Assembly: GCA_045863295.1 (NCBI GenBank)
Contig: BTWA01000018.1
Coordinates: forward strand, 1-64,000
Length of the DNA stretch: 64,000 bases
Direction: 5' to 3'
Origin: Candidatus Hydrogenedentota bacterium
GTDB taxonomy: Bacteria > Hydrogenedentota > Hydrogenedentia > Hydrogenedentales > SLHB01
Part shown: piece by piece, positions 1 to 9,377 of the stretch
Numbering within the stretch: the first letter of the stretch is position 1
Layout of the letters: each line of letters opens with the position of its first letter
The notes under the pieces: model-generated
The model's input: the letters and a program-made list of their open reading frames with translations, nothing else
Database searches by the model: none
What the model was told of the DNA's origin: nothing
Translations under genes and position numbers: made by a program

Positions 1-48
1 GGTAAAAAACTAACCCGTCACGAAGTCATACTTCAGGAGGAAATCGAC

Positions 49-1023
49 GTGCGAAAGTACATGATTGCGCTCACTTACTGCGCGGTATGCGCGAGTGCGA
101 GTTGGGGCCAGGAAGCCCAAAAGACTTACGCGGAACGCCTGGGCTGGCCAGCGGGATCACGAGTTCTCATGTTTCACTGCGATGATGCTGGTATGTCGCA
201 CTCGTCCAATAGGGGCGCGATTGAGGCGCTTGAGTTTGGCGTATGCACCAGTGTCTCCACGATGATGCCCTGCGGCTGGGTGCCAGAGTTTGCCGAGTAC
301 CTAAAGGCCCATCCGGATGTGGATAACGGGCTGCACCTTACACTGACCTCAGAATGGAGCAAATACCGATGGGGCTCGGTCGCCGGATCGGGAGTCGTTC
401 CATCCCTGCTGGATGAGCAGGGATGCCTGCACAAAAATGTTGGATTCGTTGCCACGAAAGCGACTCCCGACGACATTGAAAAGGAAATTCGCGCCCAGAT
501 TGAGAAGGCAGAACGTATGGGCATTCCGATCACCCACATCGACTCCCACATGGGCACATTGTTTGCCCGCCCCGACTTTTTCGAGCGCTACATGAAAGTG
601 GGAATCGAAAAGCAGATTCCCATTCTCATGATGGGCGGTCACATGGAGTACTTGCGGCGTGACAATCCAATGGCCGTGAAGCAGTTTCTGGATCAGGGTA
701 TTCCAGAGATGGTCTGGCAGGGTGGACTTCCCGTGCTGGATGACCTGCACAATATGAGTTACGGCTGGAAGTCGATGGAAGAAAAGAAGGCCGAGACGGT
801 AAAGGTGCTCCGCGAGTTACGTCCCGGTGTGACCATGTTTATACTTCACTGTTCGAATCCCACCGAAGTGTTCAAAGAAATCACGGACTCCGGTCCTACA
901 CGGCAGGCCGATCTCAAGATCATGACCGATCCAGAGATCAAGAGGATTATCGAGGAAGAGGGAATCATTCTCACCACGTGGCGTGAACTGAAACAGCGGC
1001 GCGACGCGGCCGCCAAGAATTAG
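49..1023 (+). CDS. ChbG/YdjC-family carbohydrate deacetylase, secreted
   Basis: HCDDAGM, GLHLTL and THIDSHMG motifs; N-terminal signal peptide; AGGAGG RBS before the GTG start. Confidence 0.85.
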   Translation: MRKYMIALTYCAVCASASWGQEAQKTYAERLGWPAGSRVLMFHCDDAGMSHSSNRGAIEALEFGVCTSVSTMMPCGWVPEFAEYLKAHPDVDNGLHLTLTSEWSKYRWGSVAGSGVVPSLLDEQGCLHKNVGFVATKATPDDIEKEIRAQIEKAERMGIPITHIDSHMGTLFARPDFFERYMKVGIEKQIPILMMGGHMEYLRRDNPMAVKQFLDQGIPEMVWQGGLPVLDDLHNMSYGWKSMEEKKAETVKVLRELRPGVTMFILHCSNPTEVFKEITDSGPTRQADLKIMTDPEIKRIIEEEGIILTTWRELKQRRDAAAKN

Positions 1024-1046
1024 GCTTGCCGGCAATTCTTAAGTGC

Positions 1047-1082
1047 GAAGCACGCGGGCCTGATGGCCCGCGTGCTTCTTTT
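1047..1082 (+). terminator. Rho-independent terminator
   Basis: 14-bp stem GAAGCACGCGGGCC/GGCCCGCGTGCTTC, 4-nt loop, then a T-run, just after the stop at 1023. Confidence 0.85.
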
Positions 1083-1114
1083 CCCCAGAGAACTGCGGCG
1101 CGATGGCCGCCTGA

Positions 1115-1151
1115 AAAGATTGATTGCGGGAGTGTGGGGTCTCCCGCAATC
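1115..1151 (-). terminator. Hairpin, probable terminator of the minus-strand small ORF
   Basis: 11-bp stem GATTGCGGGAG/CTCCCGCAATC (1122-1151), followed on the minus strand by AATCTTTT. Confidence 0.6.
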
Positions 1152-1214
1152 GACTCGGAAAGTGTGGGTGCATCCGAGGAGGCCCATTTGGAAATGGACC
1201 TAGAAGATCTATTG

Positions 1215-1319
1215 TCAGCTCGTCGCGAGCCAGACCAGCGCCATCACCGTGAGGCCCCCCAACAGGCCGGCCACTTGATGTCGCAACGAATCCAACGTTT
1301 CCTGTCTCTGCTTAACCAT
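1215..1319 (-). CDS. Putative 34-aa small membrane protein (MVKQRQETLDSLRHQVAGLLGGLTVMALVWLATS), not in the ORF track
   Basis: Translated by hand. It has a purine-rich leader (AAGAAAAAGGGA), a C-terminal hydrophobic helix, an upstream sigma-54-like promoter and a downstream hairpin. Confidence 0.6.
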   Translation of the reverse strand: MVKQRQETLDSLRHQVAGLLGGLTVMALVWLATS

Positions 1320-1364
1320 GAATCTTGATCCCTTTTTCTTTGTTCCAACAGCCACCAGCTATTA

Positions 1365-1381
1365 AGCAGATATCATGCCAA
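1365..1381 (-). promoter_or_regulatory. Putative sigma-54 (-24/-12) promoter
   Basis: Minus strand reads TTGGCATGATATCTGCT with exact GG-N10-GC spacing; AT-rich region upstream. Confidence 0.6.
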
Positions 1382-1678
1382 TCATATCGGTTTGCATAAG
1401 TCATTGAAGCCGTTGCAGTTGTCAGATTTCTTTCAAAATCAAGAAAAAACCGTTGAATCGGCCAATGTATATCATTTTTGAGCAACAAATACCGCTTCAT
1501 TGGTTGAATTGTTCAAGGCTGATTACTTTTTGGCAAACCATAAAGGGCTACATCGACGGTATTTTGTCAAACCGACAGAATTCGAGCGCAGACACATTGA
1601 AGATCGACTGGATTCGGCTTAGAATTGTCTGATCGTCCGGGCCTGGGTGCACCGGAAGAACTGGATGGAGACCCGACC

Positions 1679-2419
1679 ATGCGCGTTACAATTTGGAACG
1701 AAGGGCGACATGAAAAGCTACATGAGCCTGTAAAAAAGCTGTACCCACAAGGGATGGGGGTTCAAATCGCACGCTATCTGGATGGCAAAGCTGGCGTTTC
1801 GAGTGTCCAAGTGGCTGAGTTGGATTATCCGGAACAGGGGTTGCCCGAAGCCATTCTCGCCTCAACCGATGTCATGACATGGTGGGGTCACATGGCCCAC
1901 AAGGACGTATCGGACGAGACTGTTGACCGAGTCTACTCCCGGGTCCTGGAGGGCATGGGGTTGGTCGTGTTGCATTCGGGTCACCATTCCAAGATATTCC
2001 GTAAGCTCATGGGCACGAGTTGTGATTTGAAATGGCGGGAATTGCCGGAGAAGGAACGCATCTGGGTCGTCGATCCGGGGCATCCGATTGCGGACGGCCT
2101 CCCCGAGTACATCGAATTGCCCGCCGTGGAGATGTATGGCGAGCATTTTGATATTCCTGCGCCGGACCAACTGGTGTTCATTTCCTGGTTTGCCGGAGGG
2201 GAGGTGTTTCGAAGTGGTTGCTGCTGGCACCGTGGCAAGGGGAAGATCTTTTATTTCCGACCGGGTCACGAGACCCTTCCCATCTATCACAACGAGACCA
2301 TCTTAAAGGTGATACACAATGGGGTTCGCTGGGCGGCGCCGACGGGGTTGGCCACGGTGACGCGAGGCAACGTCCAGCCTCTGGAGAACATCCAGCCGGC
2401 GGTATGGACATTCCCCTGA
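1679..2419 (+). CDS. thuA: ThuA-family (trehalose utilisation) protein
   Basis: [34 protein letters not shown] and FYFRPGHET are typical ThuA motifs; ATG at 1679 follows GGAG. Confidence 0.85.
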   Translation: MRVTIWNEGRHEKLHEPVKKLYPQGMGVQIARYLDGKAGVSSVQVAELDYPEQGLPEAILASTDVMTWWGHMAHKDVSDETVDRVYSRVLEGMGLVVLHSGHHSKIFRKLMGTSCDLKWRELPEKERIWVVDPGHPIADGLPEYIELPAVEMYGEHFDIPAPDQLVFISWFAGGEVFRSGCCWHRGKGKIFYFRPGHETLPIYHNETILKVIHNGVRWAAPTGLATVTRGNVQPLENIQPAVWTFP

Positions 2420-2448
2420 TTAAGGGGGTCTGGAAAGACGCACGTTCA

Positions 2449-3210
2449 ATGCGACCAAAACCCAAACTGGAAATTCAGACTACGACGCTTTGGGACTATC
2501 CATCCCAGCATTACGGCAGTACGATGCAAGGCGACCAAGCGTATGTGGGGGCAACTCCGTCGTACGTAGTCTGGAATTTGCTACAGCGATACACACGTGA
2601 AAAGGATCTCATCGTCGATCCGATGTGCGGCAGCGGTACGACGATTGATGTGGCGAAAGACTTGGGGCGGCGCGTCATTGGGTATGATCTCGCCCCTTAC
2701 CGCGATGATATTCAGCAGGCGGATGCCCGCAAGCTGCCGCTCCATAACGAAAAGGCCGATTTTGTTTTTGTCGATCCGCCGTATTCGACGCACGTGGACT
2801 ATTCCGACAACCCCGACTGTATCGGGAAGCTGGATGCATTGGCTCCGGGATACTATCAGGCGATGGAAGGCGTCATCGCCGAGATTTACCGTGTGTTGAA
2901 ACCCCGCCGGTTCATGGCTTTGTATGTAAGCGACTCGTTCAAGAAGGGCAAACCGTTCATGCCCATTGGATTTCGCCTTTTCTCCATCCTTGAGCGGTAC
3001 TTCCGTCCTGTGGACATTGTCACGGTCACGCGGCACAACAAATCCATGAAGCGCCGACACTGGCACACGGAAGCGATTGCCGGGAATTACTATCTTCGTG
3101 GATTTAACTATCTGTTTATCATGAAGAAGGAGCCGGGCTTCGAAGTACATCCAAAACACATTACCAAGAACCGGACGTCGGGCAAACGACCGGCGAGGCG
3201 GCACCGGTAA
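2449..3210 (+). CDS. SAM-dependent amino (N6/N4-type) nucleic-acid methyltransferase, orphan
   Basis: DPMCGSGTT (SAM motif I) followed by DPPY (motif IV). Confidence 0.75.
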   Translation: MRPKPKLEIQTTTLWDYPSQHYGSTMQGDQAYVGATPSYVVWNLLQRYTREKDLIVDPMCGSGTTIDVAKDLGRRVIGYDLAPYRDDIQQADARKLPLHNEKADFVFVDPPYSTHVDYSDNPDCIGKLDALAPGYYQAMEGVIAEIYRVLKPRRFMALYVSDSFKKGKPFMPIGFRLFSILERYFRPVDIVTVTRHNKSMKRRHWHTEAIAGNYYLRGFNYLFIMKKEPGFEVHPKHITKNRTSGKRPARRHR

Positions 3211-3223
3211 TGCTTTCGTGTAG

Positions 3224-3796
3224 TCAATACCACTTTGGTTCGGATGGCTCCGGCCGATAGCGCTCGATATAGTCCATTGCCTCGCCGGGTGTATCAGCGA
3301 TGTGGTAGAGCGAACGAGCGGACTGTTTTGCGAACCGATGTTGGAAGAAGTGTTCGAAGAGTTCGGCCAGCGGATCGTAGAATCCGCTTACATTCAGAAA
3401 CACAATTGCTTTGTCGTGCATGTGGAGTTGCTTCAAGGTCAAGACTTCCACCATCTCCTCCAACGTTCCAAAGCCGCCGGGCAAGGCGATAAATGCATCC
3501 GATCGACTGAACATCACCGCCTTGCGTTCGCGCAGGTCTAGGGTGACTATCAGTTCATTGCATGATTCATACGCCAATTCCAGATCACGGAGCGCGCGCG
3601 GAATCACCCCGATTACAGTGCCGCCGGTTTCATGCGTGGCACGCGCCAAGGCTCCCATCAGACCGACCCTTCCGCCGCCGTAGACCAGAGGGCGGCCAGC
3701 AACCGCAATGAGCCGGCCCAGTTCAGCGGACGCCTCAAAATAAGGCGCATCGACCGCGTCGCTGGATGCGCAGAATACGCAAATGCCGTTGTCCAT
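3224..3796 (-). CDS. LOG-family phosphoribohydrolase (TIGR00730-like)
   Basis: ICVFCASS, YGGGRVGLMG, RERK and PGGFGTLEE motifs. Confidence 0.9.
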   Translation of the reverse strand: MDNGICVFCASSDAVDAPYFEASAELGRLIAVAGRPLVYGGGRVGLMGALARATHETGGTVIGVIPRALRDLELAYESCNELIVTLDLRERKAVMFSRSDAFIALPGGFGTLEEMVEVLTLKQLHMHDKAIVFLNVSGFYDPLAELFEHFFQHRFAKQSARSLYHIADTPGEAMDYIERYRPEPSEPKWY

Positions 3797-3887
3797 ACAG
3801 ATCTCCCGGCCGTATTGTGAATTAAATGGGGTCTGGAAAGGTAGGGGAGCGGGTGGACACAAGGCTGATCAAACAAGAAGGCAAACG

Positions 3888-5540
3888 TCAGGCTTGCAGC
3901 AGTGCCAGCACACCCAATTGCAGATCCACCGAGTTCACGGAACCATTGTCATCGAGATCGGCGTCTATGTGCCCTGGCACGGTTTGTCCCAGTATCTTCA
4001 ACACAATAAATTGCAGGTCGGTAGCGTCCACGTCGCCATCGCCGTCCACGTCCGCATCGATGGGCAGAGGATCAAGAGTGACGTCAAGCCGTGTCGCAGG
4101 TCCGGACGCCACAGAGACACCGTTTATTGTTTTTGGGGTGAAGCCGTTGGATTCAACCGTGAGCGAATATGTTCCCGGAAGCAGTAGCCGCTGATAGTCG
4201 CCCACATCCGGATCGGTGAATACCGGTTGCGGATTGCCGTTTATGGTTATTTTGGCATAGAGCGGCTGGTTGTTGGAGGAATTGCGGACGACACCTCGCA
4301 CACCGATATGAACGCCTTCCATATATGCGAGCATGGCTTCGTGATTGGCATTCCAGAAATTCGGGATCGTGAATTCGGCCGGCCGCTTGAGTGTGGATAG
4401 CTCGATAGTCACGTCGATGCAGCCCGCATAGCGGTAGTGCCAGTCCATCATGCCGCCCGTAATTTCATACCATTGCGAACCATTGATGATCCCGTCCGGC
4501 GACTGGGGATATGAATTGGTGCTCATCGTCGTATGGTTCAGCGAGTAGAGCCGCGACAGGTGCCGGACGAGCGCATCATCCGGCGTCGGGGCATTGTTTC
4601 CCGTTCCCTTGTTGTCGTCGTCGTACACGTAGTTCATCACAAACGCGCCGCCGTGAAAGTTTGCGGACATCACGAAATTGTTTGCGGCAGTCCACTCCAT
4701 CATTCGTTGGGTTTCCGGCTGGCGGCCTGCCGTATTCAGGGGTGCGCCGTCAAACACGGTGCCGGCAAATTGAGAAGGCCAATCCGGGAAATTGCGGTTA
4801 AGGTCAACGCCATTGGCATTTTCCCGGCGATTCAGCTGAAGGCCATCCGGATTCATCATGGGCACAAACCAGATCGCGGTATTGTTTACGAGATTGTTGT
4901 GGCGGGTGCTGAGGTGATATTGCGTTAGGAGTTCATCAATCAGGTACATGCACAACTCGGTGCCCAAGGGCTCGTCACCGTGTATGGTGGCCACATACTT
5001 GAACTCGGGCTCATCTTCCTGCACATCGGGATTGTCGGTAATCAACAGCGCCCAGATTTCGCGCCCTTGGACGGTCTGGCCAAGCGTATGCAAGCGGCAG
5101 ATATCGTTGTTCTGGTTCTGGTCCGGACCGTAGGCCGCAGCGTATGCGATTAATTCGCTGGTGAGTGTTGCGTAATCGTGGTATTGCCCAAGGACGCGCG
5201 AACCGGGCGGCGGCGCCTCTGGCTCCGGGGGAATTTCCTCCAGAATCGTGACGGTGTATCCATCAATGGAGAGCCAGGCCAGTTCAGAGGCGTTTACACG
5301 CAGTCGAATCGAGTTGCCATCGCGTCCGACCACGTTCAATCCCTGGGCGCGCAAGGCATCGGTTTCCGGCCCCGGCTCAGCAGCCTCAACTGTGACTTCA
5401 TATACTACGTCTGGCCGGGCGCCGCCTTCGCCAACGGGCGCCGCCGGCAACGGGGCATCCGCCAGCAGTTGCGGCGTCAGGCAAATCATGACCGCGACTA
5501 CACTGAGATACTGCCAAGGTCTTGAGGAATTCCGAGCCAC
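3888..5540 (-). CDS. Secreted M14 zinc carboxypeptidase with carboxypeptidase-regulatory domain and C-terminal dockerin-like EF-hand pair (start uncertain: 5540 or 5642)
   Basis: HGDE, NPDG, RENANGVDLNRNF and FHGG motifs; C-terminal DVDGDGDVDATD...DLDDNGSVNSVD. Confidence 0.85.
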   Translation of the reverse strand: MARNSSRPWQYLSVVAVMICLTPQLLADAPLPAAPVGEGGARPDVVYEVTVEAAEPGPETDALRAQGLNVVGRDGNSIRLRVNASELAWLSIDGYTVTILEEIPPEPEAPPPGSRVLGQYHDYATLTSELIAYAAAYGPDQNQNNDICRLHTLGQTVQGREIWALLITDNPDVQEDEPEFKYVATIHGDEPLGTELCMYLIDELLTQYHLSTRHNNLVNNTAIWFVPMMNPDGLQLNRRENANGVDLNRNFPDWPSQFAGTVFDGAPLNTAGRQPETQRMMEWTAANNFVMSANFHGGAFVMNYVYDDDNKGTGNNAPTPDDALVRHLSRLYSLNHTTMSTNSYPQSPDGIINGSQWYEITGGMMDWHYRYAGCIDVTIELSTLKRPAEFTIPNFWNANHEAMLAYMEGVHIGVRGVVRNSSNNQPLYAKITINGNPQPVFTDPDVGDYQRLLLPGTYSLTVESNGFTPKTINGVSVASGPATRLDVTLDPLPIDADVDGDGDVDATDLQFIVLKILGQTVPGHIDADLDDNGSVNSVDLQLGVLALLQA

Positions 5541-5701
5541 CCGCCTCTTACCATGGTTTTGGGACCGCCGCACTCCAACCGGCCGGCGCACCAAGACGCC
5601 ACCCACGGCCGGTCTGCGGTCACCTCGCTTCACCCTGCTCATGAACAACTTACCAACTACTTTACCGCATTTCCTGAAGAAACGTTTCGATTTTAACGAA
5701 G

Positions 5702-5733
5702 AAAAAGCGGCGGGGGAGCGCATCCCCCGCCGC
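5702..5733 (-). terminator. Rho-independent terminator
   Basis: 11-bp stem GCGGCGGGGGA/TCCCCCGCCGC followed by TTTTT on the minus strand. Confidence 0.8.
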
Positions 5734-5764
5734 GCATATTGCGATTAGTGTGAATTGGCCGTAA

Positions 5765-7048
5765 TCAGGCTTGCAGCTTATTCACAATTTCCGGCTTCAC
5801 CGGCACCGGTATTGGTCCCACAGGGTACTCCAGATCGAAGCTCCATTCCGCTGGAACGATGCTTCCTTCCATGTTCATTGCTTCGTCCCATGTAAGTCGC
5901 TTGCCGGTGTAGGCCGAGATACGTCCCATGATTGCCGTGAGTGTGCTTTCGGCCACCTCTTCGGCTTGGTGCCACTTGGGGCCGGTGCCGCGAATGCTGT
6001 TCACGAGATCGATATGTTCCTGGACATACGGATCCACGGCGGGTGGCGGGCAGTCTTCCGGCAACTTGCTGTTCCACTTGCCCTTAGTGCCCACGGCGGC
6101 CTCAAACACGCCACCGTCGCATCCGTCCCAGTGGCGCGACATGCTGAGCATAAAGACGCCACCGGCGTATTCGTATTCACACGAGAAGTTGTCGTAGAGA
6201 TCGCCGTAGGGTTCCGTGCGTGGCTTCCAAGCACGACCGCCGGATGCAAACACTGCCTCGGGATGTCCGTTCATAATCCAATTGCATACGTCCAGATTGT
6301 GCACGTGCTGCTCGACGATGTTGTCGCCGCAGACCCAGTTGTAGCCGTACCAGTTGCGAATGCGGTATTCCAGGTCCGACCATTTCGGATCGCGCGGATG
6401 CACAAACGGCAATCCGCCGCACCAATGGGCACGGAGGAACTGCACGTCTCCGATCGAGCCGTCGTGAATCTTCTTGATGCCTTCGATATACCCGGAGTGA
6501 TGACGCCGTTGCGTGCCGGCGACGAAGGTCAATCCCATTTCCTTGTGCTTGCGGCCCGCCGCCATGAACTGGCGTATGCCCGCGGGATCGGAGGCCGCCG
6601 GCTTCTCCGTGAAGATGTGTTTTTTGGCTTCCACCGCCGCTTCAATGTGTTTGGGACGGCTGTAAGGAAGCGTGGCTTCGATAATGATGTCGATGTCGGA
6701 TTCCAGAATCTTCTTGTAGGCGTCAAGGCCGGTAAACATGTGACCGTCGTCGATCGCAACCTTTGAGCTTACTCTTGAATCGCTGTGTTCTGTAAAGCGT
6801 TTGCGGCCCTGCTGCGCCTTGTCTTCAAACAAATCGGCCAAGGCAACGAGCTGGACGTTCTCATTCCCTTGGAGAATCTGTTGCGCGGCGCCGCTGCCTC
6901 GGCCACCGCAACCCAGCAGGCCAATCTTCAACGTTTCGGAATTTTGCTGTGCCTTGGCTCCCTTCGAACTTAGAATCGCGAAGGTGGCCGCGGCCGACGC
7001 CTTGGCAAAGTTTCTCCGCGTCATGCCCGATGTTTGATCTGCGCTCAT
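5765..7048 (-). CDS. Gfo/Idh/MocA-family oxidoreductase with Tat signal peptide
   Basis: TRRNF Tat motif, GLLGCGGRG Rossmann motif, EKP and EQHVHNLD; RBS AGGAGG. Confidence 0.9.
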   Translation of the reverse strand: MSADQTSGMTRRNFAKASAAATFAILSSKGAKAQQNSETLKIGLLGCGGRGSGAAQQILQGNENVQLVALADLFEDKAQQGRKRFTEHSDSRVSSKVAIDDGHMFTGLDAYKKILESDIDIIIEATLPYSRPKHIEAAVEAKKHIFTEKPAASDPAGIRQFMAAGRKHKEMGLTFVAGTQRRHHSGYIEGIKKIHDGSIGDVQFLRAHWCGGLPFVHPRDPKWSDLEYRIRNWYGYNWVCGDNIVEQHVHNLDVCNWIMNGHPEAVFASGGRAWKPRTEPYGDLYDNFSCEYEYAGGVFMLSMSRHWDGCDGGVFEAAVGTKGKWNSKLPEDCPPPAVDPYVQEHIDLVNSIRGTGPKWHQAEEVAESTLTAIMGRISAYTGKRLTWDEAMNMEGSIVPAEWSFDLEYPVGPIPVPVKPEIVNKLQA

Positions 7049-7209
7049 GACTCCCCTCCTGAATACCTTTTTTCTACGATACCGTTTTTGTTTCGATGCC
7101 AGTGCGATCGCAGCGCGCACCGGTTGTCCAGCATAGCACAGGAACGGTGGACGTGACACGAAATAGAATCCGCCGACAAGTTACATGGCAGGCGCGCGTA
7201 GTTCGGCGG

Positions 7210-7251
7210 AAAAAAGAAACCGCCCCGAGGGTGAGTCATTCCTCGGGGCGG
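7210..7251 (-). terminator. Rho-independent terminator
   Basis: Stem CCGCCCCGAGG/CCTCGGGGCGG followed by TTTCTTTTTT on the minus strand. Confidence 0.85.
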
Positions 7252-7273
7252 GAGTGATTAATCTGGACTGTCG

Positions 7274-7933
7274 TTACTCGACGATGCTGTACAACATTAC
7301 CGCGCGACGATTGAGCTTGCGATTGGCGGCCGAGTCATTCGCCACAGCCGGGGTGGTTTCACCCTTGCTTACGGCGGAGACACGCGCGGCGTCTATGCCG
7401 CTCTGCACCATGTAGCTCTTCACCGAATCGGCACGACGTTGGCCAAGGCCCATGTTGTATTCGTCGCTGCCGAGATCGCAGGTATGACCCTCGATCGTAA
7501 TGGTGTCGCCGGGGTACGCCTTCATCTCATTCACGGCCTTGTCGATTTCCAGCTTGCCTTCCGGCTTCAGCGTGGACTTGTCGAAGTCGAAGAGCACGTG
7601 GTTGAGCACCGGCTGCTGCCGCACGACCTTGGGAGGCGCTGGCGGCTCAGGCGGTGGCGGAGGCGGCGCGGGCGGAAGTGGCTTCTCCCACGTATGGAAC
7701 ACTTTACCGCGGTTGCCCCACAACTCCGTATCCCCTGCGTTGGACGCCGGGGTGGTCGGGTACCACCAGTAGCCCGCGCGGCCCTTCGGATCGGGTTGCG
7801 GCTCGGGCGTTGCACCGGTGTTGCCCCACCAAGAGAGGTCGCCCCACACGCGTGGGACGTAAGGGCCCGCGAAGGCAGTCGTGCATGCCACAAGCATGAC
7901 GGCTACCGAGGCGATTGCGAGCGCTTTTCTCAT
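7274..7933 (-). CDS. OmpA-C (peptidoglycan-binding) domain protein with Trp-rich N-terminal region and Pro-rich linker
   Basis: VLFDFDKS, IEGHTC, YNMGLGQRRA and NRRA motifs; signal peptide; AAGGAG RBS. Confidence 0.9.
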   Translation of the reverse strand: MRKALAIASVAVMLVACTTAFAGPYVPRVWGDLSWWGNTGATPEPQPDPKGRAGYWWYPTTPASNAGDTELWGNRGKVFHTWEKPLPPAPPPPPPEPPAPPKVVRQQPVLNHVLFDFDKSTLKPEGKLEIDKAVNEMKAYPGDTITIEGHTCDLGSDEYNMGLGQRRADSVKSYMVQSGIDAARVSAVSKGETTPAVANDSAANRKLNRRAVMLYSIVE

Positions 7934-7980
7934 GCTGGTCATCTCCTTAAATTTCCGCGTTTGACTCAATGACAGGGTGA

Positions 7981-8009
7981 ATTAAACCACAACGGCCCTT
8001 GTGTGTCAA
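7981..8009 (-). promoter_or_regulatory. Sigma-70-type promoter for the OmpA-domain gene
   Basis: Minus strand TTGACA-17 bp-TTTAAT with a TG extension. Confidence 0.65.
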
Positions 8010-8232
8010 GTGACGAAGCGAGTTTTCTGTCATTGAGATTCGTGAAACACGGGTTTGTTTCTAAAGGGGTTATACAATTCCGCGCCCCCTTTTCCTACTC
8101 CGAGAGTGTACCAAATATGAGGCGTATCTTACAAATTCTTAGCCGGCATGTTTGATAGTCTGTTTGAATCCCGAAGGGTAAAAAGTGCGCAATTCTCGAT
8201 AGTATCAAAGAGACTGCTACGGAGACGCAGAA

Positions 8233-9282
8233 TTAGTGGCTGCGCGCCAGGGCTTGGAGCGTTCTTTTGGCGGTATTTTCCCACGTGAACTCCTTGGCCC
8301 GCCGCCGGATAAATTCGGCCAATTTCCGCCGATCTTCTTCGGATTCCTGGCGAACGCGGCGCAGCACGGCGGTCAATGACTTTACATTACCCGGTACATA
8401 GTACAGAGCGTGAACGCCGGCAATTTCCTCGGCCGGTGGAATGCGCGGCGCAATGCACCGGGAGCCTGCACACATGGCCTGCAACAGACTCACGAGCGCG
8501 CCGCCGTGCAGGCCGGTGGATACAAAGGCGTCGCTGTGTTGCATGAGGCCAGCCAATTGCGAAGGCGGACAGGCGTCGATTCGAAGAATGCGTGGTCCCC
8601 ACGCTTCGGGTTCTTCGGAGCCGGGCGGTCCAATCACCACGAGTTGATGTGGGAATTCGTCGTGCAATTGATCAAAGGCTTCCAAAAGCATGGGCAATGC
8701 GCCGGGGTTGTGTGGATTGTAAATGGACAGGAGGTAAGGCGGTTCCGCCATGCTTTGCGCAGGCTTTTCAAACACGGCATCGACGCCGGGCAATGCGACG
8801 ACGACACGGTTCATGGGTATTCCCAGCTCCTGCATCATCTGACGGCGAATGCCCTCCGCGGGAACGATGAGGGAATGTGCGCGCTCGGCCGCCTTTTTCA
8901 TGTCTCTGACCGGGTTGCGAAACCAGGGAAACCGCGGCTTGTGCGCTTTCTTCATGAAATCGAGATCCATGGCGTACGCGGCATAAGGAATGTGTCCCAG
9001 CCCCACGGCGGAGCGCAACGGCGTATACACGCACTGCACGCCACTGTTTTTGACCGCCCGGTCCAAGGTGCGCTCCGCGGGTCTTTCGGGTGTGGGCTGC
9101 GCATCTCTTCCAACGGCAATGCGTTTCCATTGCCTGTAGTGAACGTCGTTGGTCATATCAGTAAAGACCACGATATCCACGTCTTTCTGAACTGCTTTCA
9201 TGTTCACGAGAACGTATCGCAGATACGTATCTTCCTGATCGAAAAGCGGTTCGATACCGACTGTATTGACTCCAATGCGCAT
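8233..9282 (-). CDS. GT4-like (GT-B) glycosyltransferase with a degenerate donor-binding motif
   Basis: MRIGVN start, GVDAVF, LLQAMCAG and FTWENTAKRT resemble GT4; the EX7E motif is altered. Confidence 0.65.
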   Translation of the reverse strand: MRIGVNTVGIEPLFDQEDTYLRYVLVNMKAVQKDVDIVVFTDMTNDVHYRQWKRIAVGRDAQPTPERPAERTLDRAVKNSGVQCVYTPLRSAVGLGHIPYAAYAMDLDFMKKAHKPRFPWFRNPVRDMKKAAERAHSLIVPAEGIRRQMMQELGIPMNRVVVALPGVDAVFEKPAQSMAEPPYLLSIYNPHNPGALPMLLEAFDQLHDEFPHQLVVIGPPGSEEPEAWGPRILRIDACPPSQLAGLMQHSDAFVSTGLHGGALVSLLQAMCAGSRCIAPRIPPAEEIAGVHALYYVPGNVKSLTAVLRRVRQESEEDRRKLAEFIRRRAKEFTWENTAKRTLQALARSH

Positions 9283-9377
9283 GGGAGAGGAGGTGTCCTT
9301 CGAGTACTTCGTTGAGAACCGATCAGGCCGCAGTATAGAGGATGATACATGCCGGAGCGAAACGGCTTGCCCGATTA

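Noticed and set aside
1026..1500. Track ORFs 1026-1328 (+) and 1312-1500 (-)
   Set aside because: They run through terminators or promoter elements; the 34-aa minus-strand ORF explains the region better.
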